A stretch of 64,000 nt of DNA from Gnetum montanum (GCA_015680685.1 MNCI01000520.1:960176-1024175); one strand, 5' to 3'; numbered from the stretch's first letter, positions 13,103 to 25,900 are shown. A program made the numbers and translations. The notes: a model not told the origin generated them from the letters alone.

Positions 13103-13115
13103 TTGGTCCCTATTT
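13103..13115 (-). promoter_or_regulatory. Degenerate polypurine tract of element A
   Basis: AAATAGGGACCAA before TG; the same position in copy B reads AAAGAGGGGCCAA. Confidence 0.65.
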
Positions 13116-13489
13116 GTTGATGTTTGGAGAATAGGCTCGATAGATGTTGGCAAGAATATGAAACACCGCAGTAGGAAAAATGCTAAGGTTGTTTCTTGGT
13201 GAGTGTCAAGACGTTGCTTGGCTGCGCTTGAGAGTGTTTCATTGATGACAGTGGTGATGGGACATGGCAACGGTAGGTTTGAAGGGCCAGTGTGACATCA
13301 TATGGCATCTTCAAAGGGTCAACATGATGCCAAGGGTGGCAGCGTCGCATGTGTCCTATACTGCATTCTCAATGTGTCGTGAATGACATTCTAGAGCTAC
13401 GATGTCCCACCCACACATTAGCATCATGCCCACTCATTTGATGTGTATCTGGTGCTGGTACATGCTGGGGATGTAACGCAAACCTAGTT

Positions 13490-13720
13490 TAAGGTCTTGG
13501 TAGATTGCATGCTGGTTTATGGTCCCAGCAGACTGCCATGTCGATTTAAGATCCTAGTAGACTGTACATGCCAATTTTTCATCGTAGTGGATAGTTGCTG
13601 CCAGTTTAGCATCGTAGCAGACATTGCTCAGTGTTATTGCCAGTTCATCATCATAGCAAATAATTCTTGGTGCGATTGCCAGTTTATCGTCGTAGCGGAC
13701 GGTGCTTGTTGTTGTCGTTA
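13490..13720 (-). repeat. Tandem array (units about 39 bp) downstream of integrase in A
   Basis: Repeated GCCAGTTTATCATCGTAGCGGAC-like units; the homologous array in B is at 53490-53790. Confidence 0.8.
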
Positions 13721-13724
13721 TGCT

Positions 13725-16700
13725 TTAGATGTAGTACAACATGAGGTACGAGTGATTCACCGGGTTGGTGAACTCGTTGCCTTCCATGTCCGTCAACTTG
13801 AAGGCTCCATTTCTAAAGGCTTTAGTGACCATGTAAGGGCCTTCCCAGTTTGTTGAGAATTTACTTACGTGCTTACAGATGGCCCAGAGGACGAGGTCTC
13901 CCTTCTACACTGGTCGTCGATGCGGGTCTGCATGGTGCCTTTGTTGTTGTTTGTTCTGATAGAGCTTGATGTGTCTCAGCATTTGCACACATTCCTCCTC
14001 TACTGAGTCAAGGGTGATGGTTTGTGATTCGTTGATTTGGGCTTCTCTCACGACGTCGGATAGGATCATCTAGAGTAAGGCTACCTGCAACTCAAGAGGC
14101 AATACAACTTCAGATCCATAAACAAGACTGTAAGGGGTCTTACTTATTGTAGTTCAGCACATTGTTTGGTAGGCCTAGAGGATGTAGAGGATTTGTTTGT
14201 GCCACTACCTCTTGTTGTTGTTAAGCATCCACTTTAGCAAGTTGATGATGGACTTATTTTTAGCCTCCACTTGCCATTCACCTATGGATAATAAGGGGAA
14301 GAAAATGATTTTTTAATGCCTAGATTTCTATAGAAGGTTTGGGTTTTGATACTGCTGAACTGTGGTCCATTGTCAGTCACAATAGTCATTGGAAGCCCAA
14401 ACCTAGTTATGATGTTATCAAGGATGAAATGGTAGATTTGCTGAGATGTCATTTTCCTTTGGGAAATAGCCTCAATCCACTTGGTAAAATACTTTATGAT
14501 AGTGATAATAAAGCTATGCTCTACAGAGGACTTAGGCATGATAGGACCTATGAGGTCTAGTCCCCATCATTGGAAGCGCCACGTCATTTGCATTGGGTGC
14601 AGGTCTGTAGGTGCTATGTGTATGATATTTGCATATCTCTGGCATGTGTCGCACGTCTTGACTTTCGACAGGTAGTCGTACTCCATGTGGGGTCAATAGT
14701 ACCCTAGGTATCTGATTTTCATAGCGATAGCCCTGGGTGCTATGTGTTCACCACACAGCCCTTCATGAACTTCATTAACTACCCTTTGCACCTGCTCACC
14801 TCCCACGCATGCTAGCAATATCCCATCGTAGGATAGTCAGCAAAGGGCATTATTTCCCATGAGCACGTATTGTCGAGCACACTTATAAATTGCATCTCTC
14901 TGGGCTAATGTCAATCCACCTAGGGGTTCATCGTGCTATAGATAAGCGTTAATGTTAGCATACCACTCCGGGGCATCTGCAGCACTGACAGAGGCCACGT
15001 GTTCCGCCTGAGTGATAGGCTCTACGCATTCTGTGATTGTGGTTGGTAGGTTTGCCAAGGAGTGTGATGGGATGTTTAACGCGAGGGTAGCTAAGGTATC
15101 TACTATGGTGTTCTCGTTGCATGGCACGTGTTGCACATTAGTGGTTGCAAATTATTTAAGTAGGATTTTTTCTAGGTTGCAGTAAGGTTGCAGGTGCGTA
15201 GCCTTGTAGGCGTAGACTTCGGTGATTTGATTCACAACTAGTTGTGAATCTCCCCGAATTTCCAAGTGTTGTATGCGTAGCGCTTAGGTAGTTAAGAGGC
15301 CTCTAAGTAGCCCCTTGTATTCTGCCACGTTGTTGGTGCAAGGGAACGCAAAACAATAAGCGGATGGGTGCATTTTCCTAGAGGGGAATGTGATTGTGGC
15401 AGTGGTGCTACCTCTTCGCGCGGTTGAGACACCATCGAAATGTAAGGTAGCCTCGAAATGCGACGGGATGATGGTGACATTGCTGATGTATTCGTCCAGG
15501 AACTCGGGGTCTATGGTAGTCTGGTCATTGACTGGCAATGCTATAAGTGGGATCAAATGATTGACTTACGTACCATAGGTCGAACTCCATGGTTATTGCT
15601 TTCCATCAGGCTATCCTGCTACTTTCGTATAGGTTGTTGGTGATAGCCCGGAGTATATTGCTTTTGCAAATGATGCTGGTTATGTTGCCGAATAGGTAAT
15701 GCCATCACTTCTTTAGTGAAAATACTAGGACTATGTAGTTTCTCTCCACTTCGTTGTATTTCACCTCGTATGCTATTAGTACATGGCTCAGATAATACAC
15801 TAGTATCTCAAAACCATCGTCCCGCTTCTGACACAGTAGTGTAGCTATGGATGTGTTAGAGGTGGCAAGGTATATGAAGAAAGGCTTGTCCCTTTGTGGC
15901 AGGTGAACCATTGGGAGGTGCGAGAGCTCCTTCTTCAAGTTGTTGAAGGCTTGTTGACATTGGGTTGTCCACTCGAAGTTAACCCCCTTCTTTAAAAGAT
16001 GTTGCATGGGGTGTAACTTGTTAGTCAACCTGGCTATAAACCTTCAAATGAATTACACTCTACCTTGTAAATCACGTAATTCCTTAAGGTTTGTGGGAGG
16101 TGCTAGGTTGACGATGACCTTGACTTTATCAAGGTCCACCTGTATTCTAGCCTCCGATACTACAAACCCTAACATGCATCCTGTTTTTACGCCGAAGATG
16201 CACTTCTTAGGACTGAGACATAGATCGTGCATTTGGCAGCATTTGAGGACTACCCCTAGATCGTGTGGGTGATCAGCCGCCTCTTTGGACTTAACCGCTA
16301 TATCATCCATGTATTCATTTAATGTTTCTAGGATGTAGTCACTAAAAATGTAAGTCATGGATCGCTGGTAGGTTGCTCCATCATTTTTGAGCCCAAAAGA
16401 CATCATGGTATAGCAGAAGGTTCCCCATGGGGTTATGAAGGTTGTTGATAGTTGGTGCTCTGGGTTAATGCGGATTTGGTTGTATCTAGAAAAACCATCC
16501 ATGAAGGATAGTAGAGCATGACCAGTTGTGGTGTTGATGAGCTGATCTATGCTTAGAAGTGGAAAGTTGTCTTTGATTGTTGCCTTGTTCAAGTCCCGGA
16601 AGTCTATACAAATTCGTATCCCTCCCGTTTTCTTCAAAACTACAATGACATTGGACACCCACTCTGAGTAGTCAACCGCACTAATGAAACCTGCTTGGTA

Positions 16701-17174
16701 TAGCTTAGTGATTTCATCCCTCATAGCTAGTGTAATTTCTAGCTTAACTTTTCAAGCCTTTTGCTTGACTGCCTTTACATGTGGGTCTAGGACGATGTTG
16801 TGCTGAATCAACCATGGATCCAAACCTGGCATGTCACTGTACAACCATGCGAAGACATCGATGTTGTCTTGCAAAATTTTAGCTACGCTTTTATGTGTTT
16901 GTGTGTCTAGGAGGGAGCTGAGTCTTAATGTTTTCACCTTTCCCTTTGACGTGGTCATAGGTGTGTCGACAAGAGGGTCCTCGGTTATATCCCCAACCTC
17001 TAAATTTAGGGCTTGGACCAGGTGCCTGGGCCAATCTGGAAATGCTTCTAAGGCTGCTATAGTGCTAGTCGTAGTTGACCCCCAATCGATCATGTCAAGG
17101 TTCAACTGTCTTGCGAGCTTGCCCTATGGCCCTGCTAACATTAAAGACGTGGAAAGGTCATGATGGATTCCCAT
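13725..17174 (-). pseudogene. pol: pol of element A: RT, RNase H, additional archaeal-type RNase H (aRH), integrase
   Basis: RICIDFRDLNKA, LLSFMDGFSRYNQI, FGLKNDGATYQR, EYMDDIAV; RH YNEVERNYIVLVF; aRH LHFDG...CTNNVAEY...GDSQLVVNQ...NENTIVDTLA (about 15080-15460); INT HEGLCGEH/CDTC, FTKWIEA, IVTDNGPQF, WEGPY. Multiple premature stops. Confidence 0.95.
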
Positions 17175-18082
17175 ATTTCGCTTGACCTATCATCATAAGA
17201 TGAAAGCCTGGTTAAGGGGCATCAGAGATTGTGCAAAATGAACATCTACAAAGCAACACCGAGATGCAACTTGCTAAGTGTGGCAATGTAAAGATTGAAA
17301 GTTTACTAGTTTAAGGTCATGGTGGACCGTCAAGACACAAGAGTGTAGAATTGCTAAAGGTATAAAATTGCTAATGTAAATTGTGAAGCTATGTAACTAT
17401 TGATATGCAAATGCCAAACTGCTAGTTTAGTGTCATTTCGGACTACCATATTGCAACATGTAAAATCTTAATATGCAAAATAATAGCATGTGAAATAGGA
17501 AATTGCGAGTATGAGAAGTATCGAATTGCCAGTGCAAAAATGAAAACACGAAACCGCTAGGAAATGTGATACTACCTATTTGAAAGAGGATGAGATAACT
17601 GTAGGTGTAAGCATGTGGTGTTGTTAGTTGACGTCATTTGCGGACCACGAATGTAATGGGTTGAAACTACTAATTTAGGTTCTTTTCAGACCCTGAGGGA
17701 TGCAACTACACTAGGATTGCTAGTTTAAGGTCTTTTCAGACCCTGAATCAAAAACAAATATTATTTTTTTATTTTCTAGAAGGTAAGTAGTTGGCTTGAA
17801 GCATGTTAAGGCTTTAATGCTAATAGTGTTATGATGTCATGGCGAGTATGCCACACTACACGCTATGCTCTACATTAATCAGAGAGAGAGAGGGATAAGT
17901 TTTTCCCATCTTGCCATTGTGGCCATAAGTAGGGGTTAAACCCTGGTAATCTTGCCATTTTTACTATAAGAGCACAGAGCCCTCATTGGAGCATGAGGCA
18001 ATTTTGGAGTGTGAAGTAATTGTGCTGATCAATTAGCTAGGCGAATTTCTATAGTGGAGGGCATAAATTTGCAAGCAAGACC

Positions 18083-21000
18083 ATGGCTTCTAAGACTCAT
18101 CTAGTGCTTGCAAAGGTTGAGGAGGTGAAGAAGACCCTGAGGCATGCACCACAAGTGAGCATTCTGGCACGAAAGAGCACACCGTTGACCCAGTAATTTT
18201 CTATGTCTCCTTCACTCTTTTCGTTTTGCGCCCTCTACTATTTTCTGCTTTGGTTTTGTGTCCTATTTGTTTTACTATCTGTGTTTTCTGTGGTCACATC
18301 GTTTTAGCCTTTGTATCACCACGGTCACCTTTTTTGGTCACGTCTAATGCCCAAACATTTCGTTGTGATTGCATGTTAGGCCGCTGAGATCGCCACTACC
18401 ATGGTGGTCGTAACTACGGGGCTGGGGCAGTTTAGGTTGCTTGACCCTAGCATAAGGTAAAACCCTTGGGAGGGCTCAGCCATGTGTGATGCAGTTACAT
18501 GACACATGTTTTTGTTTGGGTATGTCGTCAGTTGTTTTGCTACTATGCTAGGCTATTCGCATACTCCTACTATGCTAGGCTTCCACACTCTTGCTACACT
18601 GTGTACGAGCAGAGGATCATACTATGCTATATGTATGGGTTGCTAGATGCTGCTATGTTGCACATGTATTACATTCAAGTGTGATGCTAATATTTACTGA
18701 TTGCATTGTGCCGGGCGGGACCAAGGTCCTGACTAATCATTTTGGACCTTGCAGGGATCCTGTGCCATGTGAGCAGACCTGTGGCCAACGCTCCTCCTCC
18801 CCTGATACATGTGGAAGATCGAGCGATTTGGTTTAGGGAGGGGGCACAAGACTTCTTGCAATTCCTTCTCAACCACTTTAGTGTGATTGTTTAGTCTTCC
18901 TTAGAGGAGAAGGAGGCATCTGGCATAATAGAAGCCATATTGTAAGGGCCAAATCGAGGCATCCTGAGATATTTTTCCAACAAGGCAATCATGAGCTGGC
19001 AGGGAGGGGGATCTAGCCAGTACTCAACAGGGTTGAGGTGTTTAGCCTAGATCTAGGACATGCTAGAATACAACTTCTACCACCAGTACAACACATTTTT
19101 TCTCGCACGTCACATGGTGACATACTTTCAGAACCCACAAGGGACTGTCTATTGTGTTGGTGGGTGAGTTTTGCATCTTTGCTCCACTTCGTTATGCTAT
19201 GCTGGCCATACCAGCCGAATGCTAATAGTGTGTGTTTTTCATCAGGTTTTATATTGATGATGACGGGCTTCACGACCAACTGGGTTTGCTGGCTATAGTG
19301 CAGCTAGCCCTACAGGAGTTTGCTTCTGCTAAGAACCTATGGGTGGGTGTGATTGGTCAGTGTGGGGGAGAATACCTTACCTATCTACGCATGCTCTACA
19401 CTCTCTATAATCAGTGTAGGGAGAAGGGTTGGCTAGATAAGGAGTTGAAAGAACCCTTCAAACAGGTCATGCTTGAAGGGGCTCTGATGGTTGAACTTCT
19501 ACTATTCCCATTACTGTATAGACCCAGTGGGTCAAAAAGCAGGTGCCGCATGCTCAAGTGTTTTCGTAATCTTTGCATTCTCTACAGTGTTATGCTAAGT
19601 GTGTTTTGTGAAAACTTTTGCAAGGGTGAAGAAGCCTTGTGAGGTGACGATGGTAACCATCGAGAGGCAAGGGGCAAACATCTACTTCAAATATGGTGAA
19701 GTAGCAGTGAGCCAGAGCTGGGTTAGAACGAGGGGCCCCGGACTCCTTGCTCGATAAAGTTTGAAAGGTGGGGCTTATGGATCTATTCATGGCTCTGAAT
19801 CCAAGTGTCTCTACTATCGAGATGCTTTCCTTGGTCAACTCCTTCTCTGGGAGGGTGAGCTATTTTCACACATGCGTACGGGGCATGTGGGTGGTCATTG
19901 AAATCAATGACCAACTATTTGCAGATCTATTCAACGTTCTTGCTGATGGTGCCTCCGTAGTGTTGAAGGGCAAGTAGGAGTTGACTCTTCAGAAGCAGCA
20001 TTTCGAGGAGTGGTTGAGGCTCACCAAGGAGTGAAAAGGGTTCTCCATGGAAAATCTTAAGGATGGCCTTTTCATGGGGATTTACCCAGTCTTTTGTGCC
20101 CATGCATTCCCTCAACTGCTCACCCAAGGGAAGGTCCTAGGACTTGAGCAGGCCTGGGTAATGTAGGAGGTTATGGAAGAAGGGACCTATTATAACTGGG
20201 CCATTTTCCTATGTAGTGGCTTGTAGGCTGAGATTTTGGGACTCCATGAGCAAACGGAATCCCCCTCTAACATACACTATGCCTTCTACATAGGCTATTT
20301 GAAGCACTTCATAGAGTTCTTGGTGGTCCAAGAGGATGGAGCCTGGTCCATGCGAGATCGCAACCAGGTTCCCAAGCCATGGATTTGACAAGTCCTTTGG
20401 ACCATGTGAGCCCAGGATCCTCCAGAAATGGTCCTAGATTCACTATCTGTAACGACTAAATATCTAGTGGTTCATAGCATTTGTGGCCAGGATAGTGTGG
20501 AAGAGATGCCCCCTATCATAGCCAGTAGTGTGACACGGGGTGAACGTCTCATAGCTGAGACTGTCCCCAAGGAGTTTTAAAGGAAGAGGTCTCCCCCAGC
20601 TAGGGAAACCCTTCATGAGGAGGAGGGATGAAGATTGTGGCTCAAGCTACAGAGGACACAACCCCCCATTGGTAAGCACTTTTGTGTACTGCCTACTTTG
20701 CTATAGTTTGTTACACTATGCCACACTAGGCAGTGCAGTGTAGTGTAGCATCTGTTTTGAGCTATCTTATTTTGAATCGATGCAAACATGCCTTTTTTCT
20801 AGCAGAGGAAGAAGAAGATGAAGAAGAAGGAGATGAGGAAGTATTAGCCCTTAGGATGGGGGCGACGAATGAAGACGCGGAGGCCCCAATTTTGGAGGAA
20901 AGGGCCTTGGTCAGGAATAAGGGAGCTCTTGTCTCTAGGGCATGGGCTCTTGTCATTAGGGAGCCTCTTCCTACCAATGAAGAGGTACCTCCCTTAAATA

Positions 21001-22489
21001 AAAGAGATGTTGGTCTCCTAAAAGAAAAGGCACCAGTGCATGAGATAGGGGTTCATATGGAATTGGTAGGGCCCTCCACTGAGGCTACTACGATCGCCTT
21101 GCATCAGCAAGAAGAAAGAATGCAGCCAAACGTTGGTGAGTTGGTGGGATGTTTTCCTTATTATAGTCCATCTTAGCCACTTCTGACATGCTTAATCATG
21201 TAACAGGTGCTACTGCTAATGTCTTAGAACCCCCTCTAACTCTTTTGGAGTCATGGGCTGAGGTCCTTGACAAGTTTACGTTCATATAGGGACTTTTCAA
21301 CGACATGATCAAACGCCTTCAGCAAGAGGATCCTTATGCAGGTAAGTAGTAGTATTAACTGTCCTTATGTTGCTATGCTAAAACTTTTGAATTTTTTGAT
21401 TTTGCTATGCTAACACGATTACTATGTGTCTTTGTGTCAAATAGCCTCTCGGCTCAAGTGGGACCTAGCACGACCTATGAAGGTTGACGCCATGCCTACA
21501 CTCTTGCCTGATGTGACTGAGATGTCTCGCCACATATTTGACAAGGCTTACAAGTGTGTCTTGCACTCAGCACACTCTCTGTGGGAGTGTAGGTGCATCA
21601 ACGAGGACCTGTGGAAATGGGTCCAAAGGGTCAAGCAGAGGGAGGTTGACTTGGCCATCGAGGTGAAGAATCTCAAGTTGAGAAATGCTTTTCTTACAAA
21701 CCATAACCCTGACGTTGTCAATTGGAAGAGGGTTGTAGAATACTATGCCAGGTTTTGGACTGTCATTCACCAGAACATTGAATCCACCTGTGAGATAGCT
21801 AAATAACAAATGCAGATGGACTTGCTAGCCTAGAAGTGCTAAGATATGAAAGATATTAGCACCAAAGTCTTCGAATGGGGGCGAACCTAGAGAAACCATA
21901 AACATGCATACAAGCTGGAGAACGACACCCATCGAAGACTGTATAAAGATGCTACTGTGGAGGCATTCATGTATGAAGCATTCGTAAATGCCATCGACAC
22001 TTCTGAGGCCTACGCTAAGTTCAAAGAGCAGGTGAAGGTCATGGAATCTCCTGACCTAAAGGTGGACCTTCCTACAGGAGAGACTGCGACTGGTTCCCTT
22101 TCCCCAGAACCTCTAAAATGGACAACTGTGGAAAGGGAGAAAGCTATTGCTACAAATGCTAAACCTAGCGATGGGCATTGGATGGACATTATGGCAGAGG
22201 AGATTTGGCGTTGCCTCAGGCTTGTTCTAGACCGGATACCTCTTGAGACCAACGCAGGCTCCTCTTAGGTTAGTCACTTTAATGGATAGATGTTCATGCT
22301 ATGTTATAGCTTGCATTTTTTTCCTTAGCTAACTACTTCATTCTTGCGATGCAGGCTCCAAATGAGGGTGTGAGACCTGTAGAGGAAGGGAATGAAGAAC
22401 CAGCAGAAGGCAACGTAGGGGCGGATGATGCACAAGAAGATGAAGTGGAGGCAAGCACTGAAGGTGATGCAAACGAAGACAACCTATGA
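18083..22489 (+). pseudogene. Antisense multi-exon gene inside element A: FCP1/NIF-like domain, plant-transposon-protein-like domain, acidic linker, coiled-coil C-terminus
   Basis: ACCATGGC start at 18083. Phase-compatible GT-AG introns at 19164-19245, 20672-20802, 21136-21206, 21342-21444 and 22269-22354 are all conserved in copy B. TGA at 22487-22489 and AATAAA at 22607. The first two small exons are less certain. Confidence 0.8.
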
Positions 22490-22679
22490 CAGCATGGGAT
22501 TTTCTTTTTTCTTTTTTTGAATTTTTTTGAAAATTTTGAAATGCTAAAATTTTGAAATGTTTTGAAAATTTTGCAAACATTGCCAATAGGCGAAAATTTT
22601 GAATGAAATAAAAAAGCTTTAGAAAAGAAACCAATTTTATGTTAACTTGTGTACTATGTAAAGTTTTCATGCTCTCGTA

Positions 22680-22870
22680 TGCTAGTTTTAGGCCATCTTG
22701 GGCCATTGCTAGTTTTGGGCCATTTCAAGCCATTGCGTAACATGTCAAAGTGAAAGGAAAAAATGCTAGTTTTAGGCCATTTCGGGCCATTGTGTAACAT
22801 GTCAAAGTGAAAGGCAACAATGCTAATTTTAGGCCATTTTGGGCCATAGCATAGCATGTCGAAAGGACAG
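22680..22870. repeat. Short tandem repeats (TAGTTTTAGGCCATTTCGGGCCAT-like) between the protease and the antisense gene 3' end
   Basis: Four to five copies visible; the homologous array in B is at 45010-45320. Confidence 0.85.
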
Positions 22871-22949
22871 CATACTAACAAGGCAAGGAAATGGCGAATG
22901 TACAAGGGATGACTACTTGGCAAGAAGTAGTAGGGTTGCTATGCTATGT

Positions 22950-25900
22950 GTAGCTGCTTCTTGACCCGTTGTGGGTTGATCAGAACATAAGGTCGAGGTG
23001 TTTCACCATGGCACTTGTTCACATCGTTGTCCTCCACTTGGAAGGGCAACTCGACCCATGCATTTTTGAATTGGGAGTCAGCTTGCTGAGCTGATACTTC
23101 CATTGAATGATTAATGCATGCATGAATAGGTGCTTCATTCTTAGAGGTTGTAACCTTTAAGCCCTATTCCATGTTTACGCTGCTGATTGCTTACATTGCC
23201 ACTTTGTCAACATGGATTACCACCTCCCTACCTGCGTATGGTAAGTGAATTTCTTGGTGTATAGGTGAGGAGACAATCCTAAGTTGTGCTAACCATGATC
23301 TTCCCAAGATCAGGTTAAACCTGGGCATTTCTTTGACTATGATGAACGTTGCATCTCTGGGGAACTAGTCCCCTACTACAAAGTTTACGTGAGCTGTGGC
23401 CTTCACCAAGACACCTGCCCCGTTGAAGGACCTCAGATACGATGTCGTTGTTGGTTTGATCTAGTCAACTAATCCCAACTTATCCACAATAGGGAAGAAA
23501 ATGATGTTTGTGAAGGCCCCATCATCAATGTGTACCCTTCAAATCTGATGTTGGATGACCTGAATTATGATGAAGAGAGGTGTCATAGTCACTTGCCCCC
23601 TTTGAGATATTCCCTAATGGCGTTGTTACTGAAAGTTAATTGGGGTGGCGCAGGCTCTACAAGTACAGAGGGAAGAATTATCAAGTGGATCGTCTCCTCT
23701 TCCGCTGGCATGTTTTCGTTGACCAGAATCATCATTAGTATGCATACTAGAGCCTTTTGGTGGGGTATAGATGTCATGATTAGGTCATACAAGCTCAATG
23801 TAGCATTTTTCTCTTTTAGGGCTTGCCCGACCTGGGTGAGGGCATCCAAAAGGTCTTGGCCACCTACTTGTTTGACACTTTCCTCCTCTTCGATTTGTCC
23901 CAGAAGAAGAATCTCCTGAGGAGGGGCGATTCCAGACCTGGGTTCAGATCCTTGTTGATAGGGTAATGTAGGCTATGTAATCATGTCGACCTTCATCTTT
24001 GGTGATGAAGGTGCAGATGTGAGGGACGAAGGCATAGGCTTGGGGATACCCTTGATGATACTTCCATTTGATGTCTCGCCAAACAAGTGGGCTTCTCACC
24101 TTGTGGGGTGAGTAGATTGTTCAATTCTATTGCGCGAGATAGGGGCTGTTGAAGATGTTGTCCCCTTGATGATGAATGGCACTAGAGGTGTTAACTGACG
24201 GGACCGCGTGGCCTCATCAACAGGCGGTGCAAAGGTGGATGCCCATGGTGGGACTTTCAGGATGAAGGGAAACTGCGAGCTTGGACTAACCATTGGTGGT
24301 GCTGGTGCACTACGCTGAGGCACATAGATCACAAATGGCTGGTAGGATGGCCTAGGATCATTGTCAATGCCAATGGCATTGATTACTTAACCAAAATTAT
24401 TGGTGTTAAGGGGATCTATGTAGACATACATAAATTGATTTTTAGGGTGTATTGGGTTGCTTTCATCTAGCACTAGCTTCCCTAGATCGATTAATTTTGG
24501 TTGTCATCCTACAATGACAGACAATAATCCGTGGTGTGACCACATAGTTGGTGGTAGTCACAAAACCTGTCTAGCCTGAAACCCCTAGGAATTGGAGGCT
24601 CATTAGGCAGGGCCAAAGAGGGATTCCTAAGGAGCTCGCAGTAGTGTTGATGTCTTGTGTTTGCTTCTTCTGACATCTTCTTGTGTTGGATGTATCCCAT
24701 TACCAATAGTTGCTTTAGGAGTTTTGAAGGTTTGAGAGGTAGTGGGGTGTATTTCGAGCGATATTTGTGCTCAAAGTTGGGTTTGGTGTATGCAAATGTC
24801 TCATGTGTAGGTGCAGAAGGTTGTGGTGCTTGGCCTAGTTTGGGCACAGGGTTAGCCATAGGTATGGCTATTTTCTTTTTATTCTTGCTACCACGGCTAC
24901 TAGGTTTGGGCTTGGGCTTAGTTACCACAGTGGCTACTATGGTTCTTGGGGCCTTACCCTTGTCCTTCTTTGTGAAGTTGTTCTTGTAAGTGATGTAGGT
25001 CGAGTCTTTGCTTGTCTTGGCTGCATCTTGTATGCTTTTAGTCTAAGCAAAAGCCTAACTAAGAGAGCAAGGAGCGAGGTAATACAGTTTGGACTTGATG
25101 AAGTCATTTACTAAAATCTTAAAGATGGCCAACAAGTGAACCTCTACGATGGACTCACAGATTTCGTTAAGGGTTGCGCTCCAACGTTGAATGAATTTTT
25201 GGACTGGTTCTAGCGGATCTTGTTTTACACTCATCAACTGATCCAGCGTGGTTTCTAGATTCAAGTTGTACTTGAAGTGTGTCACGAATTGGGTCAAGAG
25301 TTCTTCCAAAGTTGAAATGGATGAACATGGCAATGCGTGGTACCAATCTAGGGCTTTCCTGGCTAGGGACATGGCGAAGACACGAATGATCGTATGCAGC
25401 CATTGTTGCAATAGCAAAGAATCAAACCTAAAGGTGATGAGATGCGCATTGGGATCTCCCTTCCCATCATACTTTGTGAAGTATGGGAGAGACATCCTAG
25501 GGTGTAATGTTAAAGTAGGGATTGCAGGGCGCACGGGGTTGTCTTGGTAAAAGTCCATAACTTGTACCATGTCAAACCCAATAGCTTTGAGGCATTTTAT
25601 TTCCTTAGTGAGGGTCTGGATGAGCTGAAACGCTTGGTCTAGACCCAACAACGTTGTAGACGGTTGAGGGACTACAGAGGTAGCGCCCACATGTGGCATG
25701 GTGGTGGTGGTAGGTTGACCCATCGGCGATGCGGTTGGGGCCGCCCCCGCTAAAGGTGTTGCTTGCATTGTCCACCACCTGGTGGATGGTACTGTCAGAG
25801 TAGTAACAGTGGGTTGAGCCATCGGATAGACCATTTGGATCATTGGCGGGACAGACCATGGCCCCGTGCTAGGATGTACCGCTTGCGGGGTTGGGTAGGT

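Noticed and set aside
18083-22489. A resident host gene overlapped by transposons
   Set aside because: It lies between the LTRs and is present at the same internal position in two independently inserted copies with different TSDs.
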